Source: Antedon mediterranea (Eukaryota > Animalia > Echinodermata). Taken from it: 64,000 nucleotides of DNA. Below are positions 27,991-56,320 of the stretch, one piece after another. How positions within the stretch are numbered: position 1 is the stretch's first letter; each line of letters begins with the position of its first letter. The translations under genes and the position numbers were made by a program. The notes beneath the pieces were generated by a model. The model worked only from the letters and a program-made list of their open reading frames with translations. It had not been told where the DNA came from and did no database searches. The DNA is taken from assembly GCF_964355755.1 (NCBI RefSeq), contig NC_092673.1:7874001-7938000 (forward strand), in the 5' to 3' direction.

Positions 27991-28420
27991 GATAGCACTC
28001 AGCCATCACCGATCACATGTCCACTCACACTCATTTACCAAATTGGAACGTAAAAATACTAGGCACAGAATCATCATGGAAAGACAGAAAAATAAAAGAA
28101 TCAATAAAAATAAGAAAACATGGTAACACTATGAACAGAGACGACGGCGGTTTGGAACTCCCAAAATTGTACAACAACTTACTAAAGAGGAGGCCCCGAC
28201 AATCCCATTTGGGAAAACCTGAACGATCTACAGATGGCGCTATACCATATACGAGATCTAATGGTAACAAGTCCAAGTCACAGAGACTCACTCATGATTA
28301 AGCTGCGTCGTTGACCAGTGAAAGCTAGAGTAAAAAACGTAAGTTTACGAATTTTATTCGACTTTGGATCATCCAAAAGAAAATTTACTTAAAATACTAT
28401 ACAGTGATCCAGATGAACCA
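27991..28420 (+). mobile_element. Penelope-like retroelement 3' fragment (GIY-YIG endonuclease C-terminus plus pLTR region)
   Basis: HSAITDHMSTHTHLPNWNVKILGTESSWKDRKIKESIKIRKHGNTMNRDDGGLELPKLYNNLL matches the Penelope endonuclease C-terminal pattern (SA..H..H..W..KIL..R.IKE.I.I..NRD.G..L). Confidence 0.8.
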
Positions 28421-29181
28421 TTTTAGTCGCGTGGAAGCGACTCTATAGTTCACTAAGTCGGTCGGTCGGTCTGTCTGTCTGTCTGTCGGTCCGGTATCAC
28501 TATGCGTTTTATCGCTTTATGACCTTATCTTGATATCAGTTTAATCTAGCTAAGTAAATTTTTCACAGAATATTCCTTATGGCCAGGAATCGATGTGGTT
28601 ATGTTTTCACGGTGCGCAATAAAAAATTACGCGGTCTACGCACGATTTAACGAAATCACGTTTGTAATCATATCTTAACAACCATGAATCACAATTAAAT
28701 AAAATTTGGTACTCATAAATTTCAGGGCATAAATCATCATATGGCAATACAATTACGTGCGTAGCGCATGTAACGCATGCGTACGCGCGCTTAAAATTTT
28801 CAAAATTTATTTTCGATGAAATAAGAGTACCTTTCAGGCAATTTTAAGCGTTTACAAAATTGCCATGAGTGCGCAGATTTTTGCGCGCGCACTGCGCATT
28901 AAATGTTATTGCGCACACTTTTTGCCCGATTTCTGTTTTCTTGAATTACTTTTCAACTCGAAATTACGTTATACGAGCACGTCAAATGTGACAGGCTACG
29001 CACGTGTAAATTAAAAAAATATAAATGTTTTTAAACATTTCAACATTTTTAAACATGTTCAGTAATTTCGGTCAGAATAGTTCACTATGTCGGTCGGTCC
29101 GTCTGTCTGTCGGTCTGTTTGTCTGTCGGTCCGGTATCACTATGCATTGTAGCACGCGACTTAATGGCTGTTGGCCTTGTT
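28421..29181 (+). mobile_element. Helentron-associated / DINE-1-like non-autonomous element
   Basis: Starts TTTT; subterminal inverted repeat agtcgcgt/acgcgact; two copies of a core with (GTCY)n microsatellite; 3' hairpin ggctgttggcc; ends TT; no TSD. Confidence 0.75.
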
Positions 29182-29243
29182 ACTAATGATAGCACTCTGA
29201 ATCCCAAAAAGAGATTTAGATCCTGAAGTTTCCTTGAAATTTA

Positions 29244-29527
29244 TGCACTGTCAATTGTATGACCCACTATACGACCTCCAGGAGAGGTGCGTCATTTACA
29301 AATAATTACTGATGCAGGGTGCGTCAAAAAACCTAGAAGGTACGTCACATCAATGAACGATGGTGTGTCAATGTCTGTCACTTTACCACTAAAATATCAT
29401 AAAAAACAAGGTCATATAGTACGTAAAAATGGGGTGCGTCATGGTATTCGTAAGGTATGACGCACATCGGACAAATAACGCACCTCTCCCGGGGGTCGTA
29501 TAGTGGGTCATGTAATTGACAAGTGCA
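29244..29527. mobile_element. PIF/Harbinger (Tourist-like) MITE with TTA TSD
   Basis: tgcactgtcaattgtatgacccactatacgacc..ggtcgtatagtgggtcatgtaattgacaagtgca; tta on both sides. Confidence 0.85.
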
Positions 29528-29541
29528 TTAATATTATCTTC

Positions 29542-29848
29542 TTAAAGATATATTGTGGCCCCTGAAAAAAAACACTTTTTAAAATGTTTTTGTTGAATAT
29601 GCCATTCTAATATCACATTATTTACCAAGAATTGGATAAAAAAAATGATTTACTTGAAAAAATTGTAATTTCATAGTCAATGGGTTTTTGGTTGTATTTA
29701 ACTATTAATTTGTCTTTTTATAAAATGAAAACATAATTTTTTTTTCTATGAAATTGATTAAATTTATTATTATATTACAACAATGAAATGGCCTAGGCCT
29801 ATTCATGGTATTTTTTTATTAATTGTTGTTTTTGCAATGCATCTTTAA
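29542..29848. mobile_element. AT-rich TTAA-flanked MITE (Kolobok-like); related pieces at about 37390-37517 and 45670-46010
   Basis: ttaaagatatattg..caatgcatctttaa ends; shared internal aatatgccatt..cactttgac motifs. Confidence 0.5.
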
Positions 29849-30320
29849 ATTTGTATAGGCCTAGGTAGGAGGCCTACTAGTACTACTAGGCTAGGCCTAC
29901 TAGCCTAGAGGCCCTAAATTGAAATGTTGTTGTTGTTTTGTTTTGAAAGTTGTTTCGAATGAATATTCATTAAAAAACAGATCCGATGATAATGTTGTGG
30001 TGAATCTAGGCCTACAGTAGGCAGCCTACTATCAACATAAAGCGGGTATCAAGAATAGTCCTAGGCCAAGCTACGATAATGATGGTGACGCGATGACAGC
30101 CGTCTTAACCTCCCTGGCCTTCCATCAACGAAGTCAGGCTAGTCCTAGCTAGGCCCAAGCCTTCTCCTCATCCCAGAGCAGAGATAAATAAAACCACAAT
30201 GATATGATTGAAAAATGTGAGCCTTATGCTTGTAGTATGGTCACTAAGAAAACGGAATTAAATAAACAATGTTTTTAAAATACCTAGATATTACATTGGT
30301 AAATATTTATCATCAATCAC

Positions 30321-30400
30321 CTGACCATTTTGCCGAAATCCTCCGTTTGTTTATAGTTAAAATATCGAAAAGTCGATGGTGTGTACGGAAGTATAAGGGA
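30321..30400 (-). other. Probable first (5' UTR) exon of CEP350; its 5' boundary is uncertain
   Basis: Donor CAG|GTGATT at 30321/30320 in a locally CpG-richer region. The ATG-containing exon (27866-27767) has a tttag acceptor, so an upstream exon is required. Confidence 0.5.
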
Positions 30401-31621
30401 GAGCTGAGAGTACCGATTGAGGGCCTAAATTTAAACGAAATTCTAGCCTAGGAGGCGGCTAGAGCTAGGACTTTCTTTAAATAAATTAAATTATCAATAA
30501 ATATTTAGCATATAATATTCACTTATATAAATATTTAATAAGAAACCAATAATAAACTATACACAGGGGTTTACTTGATATTTTTTTGACATGGATATTA
30601 TATTTTGTAAAATAAAAGCTTTTTCTAAAATGTGAGAATTCAAAATGGCGGTTAAGATTATAGATTCTGTTGACGCCCTCTCTTAAAAATGATAATATAG
30701 AGGACACACTCTGATTTGTTGCCTGTTCATAGCCAACTCATGGAGGGGATACCTCCATGGCCAACTGTATTATTTTTGTTATCTTTATATTATTGTCTCA
30801 TTCATGAACAGTTAATAATTTGCCTGTTTTAAAGTGGTTTTTATTTGGTTGGCCCACTTTTGGGCCGAAACATCCCACTTTTTTTGGGGGGGGGAGTGCA
30901 ATGTTATTTTTGTGGTGAGGACATTTTAGGAATTATATGGAGTGTGCAATGTGAAATGAAACTTGTTTCTGAGCGGTGCGTGTTCGACACCACCTCTCCT
31001 CAATTCTAACTCGAGTATCTCTAATTCTTTACATTTTGTTTAACTTTGCCACTCGCCCCCTACCCCTGGTTCCGCCGGTCCTGATCATTGCTGAGACAAT
31101 AATTTTTAGAATATGAACATTTTAGCTTTTAATCGGGGGTAAAATGCATAAATATCCGCTAGATATGATGATAATAATGACGCAATTAATATCAACTGAT
31201 AGATACAGTTAAAATTGTATCGGAATGTTTGGTAAATTGTAGATCATGTCAATCAATTGAATTCTACTACAATGTGTTGTCCTGGAGTTTGTACTCTACC
31301 GTATTGTGTATGATGGGGCGTTTATGAGGAATTTCGGAAATAAATAAACGCGTTTCAAAGTGGGTCGTTTATTCGAATAAATATACGGTATATATCAAAA
31401 AAACAAAAAGTTATTCGTTTATATTTCATAAATACAAATCAATTGAAAGATGAAAACAATCAAAGATAAAAGCTTATGTTGAGTTATATAATTACAATGT
31501 TTATACAGTTACATTTAAAATTGTTTTGAAAATACTAAAAAAGGATTCAGTATGAATGAGTATAGACTCGAGGACAAAATTAAGATAATTGATTAATAGT
31601 AGGCCTAATCGTCTGCAAATA

Positions 31622-33690
31622 TATTCAATTCAATTCAATTCAAAGTAACATTTATTTTCTTCAAAATAAAACAGTCAACAAAATGGTGTAAAGAAAGGTA
31701 ATATGATTGAAGAAGGCATGATCAAAAAAGCAAAAAGCTTGTGACAGACATGCCTAAACAAAGATTAGATAAGAACAACACGAAAAAAGAAAATAAATAA
31801 ATAAATAAAAAAAATAAAGAAATAACAATATAAAAAATTTACATAACATGGGTTAAACTAAATAAGTAAAATAACAAAAAAAAAACAATTTTGGTATAAA
31901 TAAAGAATTGATTCGTCTTCTTCTTGTTACTCATCATTAAAATTATTATCATAAAATGTAATATAATAAAAATTAATACTTGGATGTGATATATCTTTTA
32001 AGTTTAATTGAAAAGCTTTTCTTAGATACAGCATCTTTAATATTTGAAGGTAGTTTATTCCATAGTTTAGGTCCACTAAATCTTATGTTATATTGAAATG
32101 AAGTTTTTTTATGAAGAGGGATATGCATATCCTGTACAGTTCGAGTTCTATAATTGTGAAAAGATGCGTTTGGTTGGAATAAATTTGTAAATTGAGGTGG
32201 GTTTAGGGAGTTAATCGATGAGTAGAGAAAAGTACACTATTGATGATAGTTAAGATCTTTCAACTTTAAAAGGTTTAGGGAGGAAAATAAGGGATCTGAG
32301 TGAGCTAGTGGTGGTGCACCTGAAATTATTCGAACTACTTTCTTCTGTTTGCTAAATAATCTGCTAGTGTTGGACTCATACGTGTTGCACCAAACTACAT
32401 TGCAATAGTTTAAATATGGTAAAATAAGAGTACAATACAAGGTATGAAGAATGTTTTTGGGAAGAAAAAAAGACAGTCTAAAAATGATACCAGTATTTTT
32501 GGATATTTTATTTTCAATTTATTTCATATGTTGCTTCCAAGTGAGACCTGAATCAATGGTAACACCAAGAAATTTTGTATTTTCAACGAGTGGAACAATA
32601 TGTTCATTAATTTTAATATGTCTATCATCAAGATTTACAGTTTTGCGAGTGTTTCGAAACAAAATAGAACAGCATTTCTTAACGTTTACGGAAAGTTTGT
32701 TTGCTCGGAAATATTCACACACTTTAGTCAGTTCCTGGTTGACAACCGCAAAAAGTGACTGAATATTTGGATTTGTATAAAGGAGGGTAGTATCGTCAGC
32801 ATAGAGACAGAAAGAAAATAATTTAGAGGATGAACAAATGTCATTTATATATAAAGAAAATAAAAGTGGGCCAAGCAGTGAACCTTGGGGGACTCCACAT
32901 GATATAGGTGTAAAATGAGAGGTAACATTGCTATATTTAGTACATTGAAATCTATTTGACAGATAACTTTTAAGTAGATCATGTGCAGGTCCACGGATTC
33001 CATAAATGAAAAGTTTGGATAAGAGAATGTTATGATTGATAGTATCAAAAGCTTTTGAGAGATCAATGAATGTTCCAATAGCAAAATGGTTTTTTTCAAA
33101 TGCATCCACAATACTATTAGTAAGTTGTAAAAGAGCCATCGAAGTATCATATCCTTTTCGAAAGCCATATTGATGGTCAGAAAGAATATTGTGTTTTAAC
33201 ATAAATTTGTATGTCCGATCATAAATGATGCGTTCAAACATTTTGGAGAAAATTGACAGAATGGAGATGGGACGATAATTGCTAACATCAGACTTGACTC
33301 CAGATTTATAGATGGGGGTTACTTTTGCAAGTTTTAATTTGTTTGGAAACACTCCTTTAGACATAGACAGGTTAAAAATATAGCAAAGTGGGTGAGAGAT
33401 AAGGCTACATGTTTGCTTAACTATATTAGTACTAATATCGTCAAAACCTGGAGCCTTATTATTCTTGAAATATTTGACTGTGTTGAGTATTTCATTATCG
33501 TCAACAGGGATAAGAAATAGGGAATTGAGAGTAGGGTTCTGTAAGTAGTCTTTATAATTTGTTGCATGTGATGGTATTTGACTTGCAAGGGTAGGTCCAA
33601 TCTGTCCAAAAAACTGATTAAAAGAATTTGAAATTTTAATTGGATCATTTGATAATTCGCCATCACATTCGATTTGTAAGTCTGGCTGAT
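31622..33690 (-). mobile_element. 5'-truncated, degenerate CR1-group LINE (RT domain and 3' end)
   Basis: ORF 33364-32519 with KLAKVTPIYK, NYRPISIL, DLSKAFD, GVPQGSLLGPLLF, YADD; continuation LILPYLNYC; (TTGAA)n tail at 31622-31642; stops and frameshifts present. Confidence 0.9.
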
Positions 33691-33900
33691 TATTCTTATA
33701 TAATAATAATAATATTTTTTTTTAATACAACGGAATATACATTATATTGTATATATTTATATCTAAATTATTACAGAAACAGTAATACTATAATAATAAT
33801 TTAGTAAATTTGGTTACATAAAAAGTATTTAAAATTAAGTTTTTCTCGGTATTGGAATGTGATCATGAATCAGAGAATCAGTCGCTGAAGATTTTGTCAT

Positions 33901-33960
33901 TACGTCATTGTTTAGTACTCGGGACTGCGCATGCTCGTAAGTAAAAAAAAATCAGGAAGT
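33901..33960 (+). promoter_or_regulatory. Putative dynamin proximal promoter motifs
   Basis: CRE-like TACGTCA (33901), NRF1-like TGCGCATGCTC (33926-33936) and ETS CAGGAAGT (33953-33960), about 100-160 bp upstream of the ATG; motif match only. Confidence 0.45.
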
Positions 33961-34063
33961 GTGCAAGGCGTACACAAAACATAGATTGCTTCCGAATTTG
34001 GATATTTTGTATTTACTTTAATTTTGATTCAAATAAAGTTGCATCTGGCCTGTTTGATTAAAG

Positions 34064-51020
<16,957 letters not shown>

Positions 51021-52771
51021 AATATTTGAAGAACATTAATACAGACCTTGAACTGATGATGGTCATGCCCCAATAAATCATTTACTTCCATGTATTTACA
51101 TATTAGGAAGGAATGTAAAGTAGTACACCCTTCCTAATACTAATTAATACTAGCAGTATTGTGTCAAAGGTCATACAATAATTGTGCTAATATAATATTA
51201 TTTCTAATAGTGAATATGCGCCATTTCCAAATGGTTTAATAAATTTTCTGTAGATGATGTTTTACATATCAAAAGCCATCAAAGATAAGTGAAATGATTT
51301 TTTTATGAATACCAAACAATAGTATGTTTAAATAATCCTGTATAAATAAACAATGTTCAGAAATGCAAAGATGTGACTTCAGTCCATCGTTTATAAGAAA
51401 ACATGTTATCCTAGGCCCACTAAACAGCACCAGTCACACCTTCTTAGATAATAAATATGCAATAGTGTTTATCCATACATGACTAATAAGCCTATTCCTT
51501 CAATACATGACTTGATTGCCTTTCCTCCTTTTTGTAACAACATCAAACACACAGGAGGTCATCGAATAGTGCGTTTTTGCATTAGGGCACCAAGCGAAAG
51601 GAGCGGTCCTATTTATTAAATGCATTTTGTACAACCGATGATGATAAGCTTCATCCTAGGCCGTAGACCTTGTGAAGGGCTCAGTAGGTTTTGCGTTAGC
51701 CAGGATAGATCTTAGGTTAGCAAAGTTTAGAAGGATTAACTAAAAAAACCTAATCAAATTCTTAAACAGGGCTTACGAGGATGGTTCCATATTTTAAATG
51801 AATCGGTAAAGTATACACAAACAAAATTGTTTTTATGTTAAGTAGAAAAAAAATTAAGAATAAAGTGATTTGTTAGTTTCATTTACAGTTCCAGGGGTGG
51901 ATGGAGGAGGCCCAGAGTCATAATTCCCTCTTTTACTATTTACTGATTATTAGGTAAGACTATATTCACACCTTAAAATATTTTGTAATGGCCACTGTGC
52001 AAGACCCTAATGAAAACTGTACAACCCCCTTTCCCCTCTTAACCAACTGGCCATTCACAAAATTCCTTAACCCATCCCTGAATTTTTAGCAATAATTTTT
52101 TTTTGTGGAAAAATTTGCAACTGCCATTTACTGAAAATAAAATTATGTTGCCGTAGTATGTATATTGAAATATTTGTTTTATAGATATATTAAATTATAA
52201 ATATAAAGATATGTGAATAATGTTTTGTTTACAAATTTTAATGTTCCAAGTCTGTACAATTATAAATATTAATCTGGTCAAAGTCCAAATTTGTTTAGAA
52301 GAAAGAAGGCGTTATTATGATTTTTTAATCCATTTGAGTACATTGTAAATTTAAAATTTTCAAGTATACAAAATAAAAAATTATTATTTATAAAGATGTT
52401 ATAATTTATTATTGCTATTTGAATGGATATTTTAGCCTATATTCATTGCATATTACACATTTTGAATGAATGATGAAGCTTAAACAGAATTTACGATATA
52501 TATTGTCAAAATATAACCTACATAGATGAACATCTGTAGAGGGTATTGGTACATGTTTTACTGCAAAATGTTGGCGTACATGATTGATACTGATTTTCTA
52601 TAATTTTTTTTCATTACTTTTTATTTATCCTAGCTTTCATTTAAAATGCAAACAAAAGAAATGCGTTATACTGTACTAGTTTGCTTTTATACATTCCTCA
52701 ATTGTAATTTGTAGAAAATATATACATAGATATATCTCAAAAGTCCTAAATGCATTACATTATAACTATAA

Positions 52772-53086
52772 AACATATGTGTATATGTTTAATGTACCCT
52801 TTAACATATGTGTGTATGTTTAATGTACCCTTTAACATATGTGTATATGTTTAATGTACCCTTTAACATATGTGTATATGTTTAATGTACCCTTTAACAT
52901 ATGTGTATATGTTTAATGTACCCTTTAACATAATTATGTGTATATGTTTAATGTACCCTTTAACATATGTGTATATGTTTAATGTACCCTTTTACATATG
53001 TGTATATGTTTAATGTAGCCTTTTACATATGTGTATATGTTTAATGTACCCTTTAACATATGTGTATATGTTTTATGTACCCTTTT
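52772..53086. repeat. 31-bp minisatellite (AACATATGTGTATATGTTTAATGTACCCTTT) x about 10
   Basis: Directly visible tandem array downstream of the dynamin stop codon. Confidence 0.95.
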
Positions 53087-56000
53087 TACAAATTCGCGTC
53101 CTAGTCTTCTAAAATATTACTTCTGATTAAATTGTAGAATTAATTATATATAAGTATATGTTAACCATTAAATAATGAACGTTTATGATTTTCACAAAGG
53201 AAAAACATTAATTATTACACATAATTAATTTTTAGTGTTGAAAGGCCCTAGGCCCATTAATCAATATATCAGTAGTGCTCGGAACAAGGTACTACAGTGT
53301 ATACAGAATGGTTTTCAGTCACCAACATTCTCCGAACGTGCAATGTACCACCCACTTGTGAGGATGGATCAAAATAATGATACATAATCAACCAATCAAA
53401 TAACAAGGATATATATATAAAACCTTTAAGAATATTATTATCTGGATTAGAAATGAGTTATTTTATTTATATCTGAGGGATATAACCATTGTATATGTGA
53501 TCATGTTTTATATAGGGTGTAACAGTACTTATTCCCTAATTAAAAGTTAAAAATATCTGAATTTAAATAAAGAATATGTTTATTTGTATGATGATGTAAA
53601 TAAATTAGTGTGAATTATATAAGACTTGATAAGTGAATAATAAATATATAAAAAATATACAAATCTTTGTTAATATTATTAGTCATTATAAAATCTATTA
53701 TTTTTACATTTTAGAACCCAACAGTGTCTCCTTAATAGGGGTTTCTTTTAAATAGTTGTTGCCTTTTCTACTTCAATAATCTCTTCTGACAGCTAAAATA
53801 ACATTGTGAACTACCTTTTAATATATATCTATTTTTTAATAGACTATTAACATTTTATCTCAGTGCTCCCCCGTTTAATAATAAACCTGGATTCGCATCT
53901 GCTGCTCTACATAGAGTCCATAGTGTTGCATTGTTTCCTCTTTCATTTCATGGGAAAGTGTCCCCTTACATAGTTGGCCTGTCACCATTCTTCTTCCTAA
54001 AAGTTTTACATTTAAGGACACATGGAAAGAATATAAAATGAGTAAACAAAGTAAATTTAAAATATGTATATATATATTTATTCTCTTTGTGCAAATTTTG
54101 CTCTACAAATTCTCAGTAGCTTACAATGTTGGTCCAAGCAGAGCATAGCAGGCAAAAACTATCATTACATGGAAAATCATTTTAATAAAAAAAATCTATT
54201 TATGAAAATTTGTTTCTGTAGTAGTGAAATTAACCATTCATTATGTTTCAATGCTACAGCTACTTTAATTTTTTTAATGAATAATTAAAATATTAAAATG
54301 ATTTTCATGTTTTTTTCAAATTTTTGATATACAAATGCCGATTTTTCTGCAAGTTGATGATTGCAGCAATCTGACTAGGGTAGAGGTCTAGCAATAAAAG
54401 GTCTTTGATGATGTCTTTGACGATGTCTTTGATGTACATAGACAGCAATATCTTCACATATTCTGCTTATGCACTGTAGATACCAACACACTATACACAC
54501 GTTTTGATATATATTTTTAACTTTCAACTCCTGCTGCACTTATTTAATAACAAAATAATTATTATATAATATTAAACCTGCAAGCTTCTTCATAATCATA
54601 AGAAAAATTCAATGATTTTCTTTAGAACATACACAATTAATACTGTTATTTTTAGTTTACACAGTACACCATTAATTTCTTGGACAAAACCCATTTCTTT
54701 ATAACCAAAAACTATTTCTGGGCAATAACATTTTTTTTACTATTTACATTTCAATAGATTCTGTATGTAGTTATGCAAACAGTTACTGTACACAAACAAA
54801 TCTGAGTTCCTGAATAATGCAGGAGAAAATATTAATTTTTATACACAATTAGTACTATTTATTTTAGAATATATGCACGGTACCATTATACATTTTGAGG
54901 TTGCTGCTGTGGCTTGAGATGATCCCTAAACCCCATCCTTAACACTCAAAAGTGGCCTCCAATGACCTGGCCAATTGGGTTTTTATGTTGCTTTGATTGT
55001 TGTTGTGGCCTAGGATCAGTCATTCTAGAATGTTAATGTTCTTAATAATACAAAAACATTTTTCGTGTAATAAAAGAAAAGTGCGAGGCCAGAGTGAAGC
55101 ACGCACCAGATGCGCGAGTGAGTCTTGACGTGTATGATACACATAAACGTTGGATAAACCCATTGTATTTATCAAGTCTGTGACCAGGAAAACTTTTAAA
55201 CCTAGATACCAGCAGAATAAGTGATGAGGCTTATAACTAACATATCTCATGATAATTACATTTTTGTGAAATACCTATGTAAAAACTATTGCAAAATTGT
55301 TCATACATTTATTATAATTTCTATAATTGTTAGCATTCTAGGTGTTTTATACAACTATCTAAAAACAAATAAATATGTTATAATGATTAAACAACATTAC
55401 TGTCTCTCTTTTACTCAATTAAACCTAAAACAACATGATTTTATATAATTAATTGCTTTTACAAACAGTATAAATCTATAAATTACAGTTGCTTATACAC
55501 AATGTTAAAAAATGTACTTTTTGATTAGGTGGGTCTTAATAAGGCACGAGTATTCTATTTTACAATTGCCTAACCTCACTCTTAATGCTTCCTTGTTCTT
55601 AAAATAATACTTATATGCCTACAATAGGCCTAAAAATATTATTGATATGAAATTTCTTAATAATTTTTCACCAACTTCCCTGGTTCCCAAGAATGTTGCT
55701 CATCCATAACATACCTATTTCATTGTAAAGTATTTACCAGTACAGTACTAATTATTTAATATTATGTGACCGTTAGTTTTAACTCTTTTTAAAATTAATA
55801 TCATAGTGCTTAAGAAAAATATCAAACCCTTTTAAACTGTATATGAAAGCATTAGTCCAATAAAACACACAATGCTCTCAACTACTGGCTAATAAAATTC
55901 TGTAATTATTCCATTGGCATATTCACGAGAGTTACCACAATTAACCATAATCCACTGCAGGGCGGATGGCTGTATATTTATACTCTATAGTTTCTAGTCT

Positions 56001-56320
56001 TGGTGATCCAAAATACAAAACGCTCCATAAGGTTCATTAGAAAAAGATTTAAACAGTATTAAAAAGCACTTGCATTATCTAAATTGAAAGTCGGTCTTCA
56101 TCTTAACATTTTTTATCAGTGGAAAAAAAAATGTTATGATTTTGATTTGAAAGAACGAGTGACCAGTTTGTCTCTGTAAGCATTTGCTATCAAACAATTT
56201 CGATGTGCGAGTGTGTGCAGGACATCAATGCTCAATGCTAGCATTTAGAAAGCTATCCAATTGGAAATTGGATATCATGCATATTTCAACCTTTAAGGTA
56301 GTAGATTTAGCAATAGGTGT

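Noticed and set aside
54300-54480. Exon-like, less AT-rich stretch on the minus strand
   Set aside because: No recognisable protein similarity or consistent splice partners; probably UTR or intergenic.
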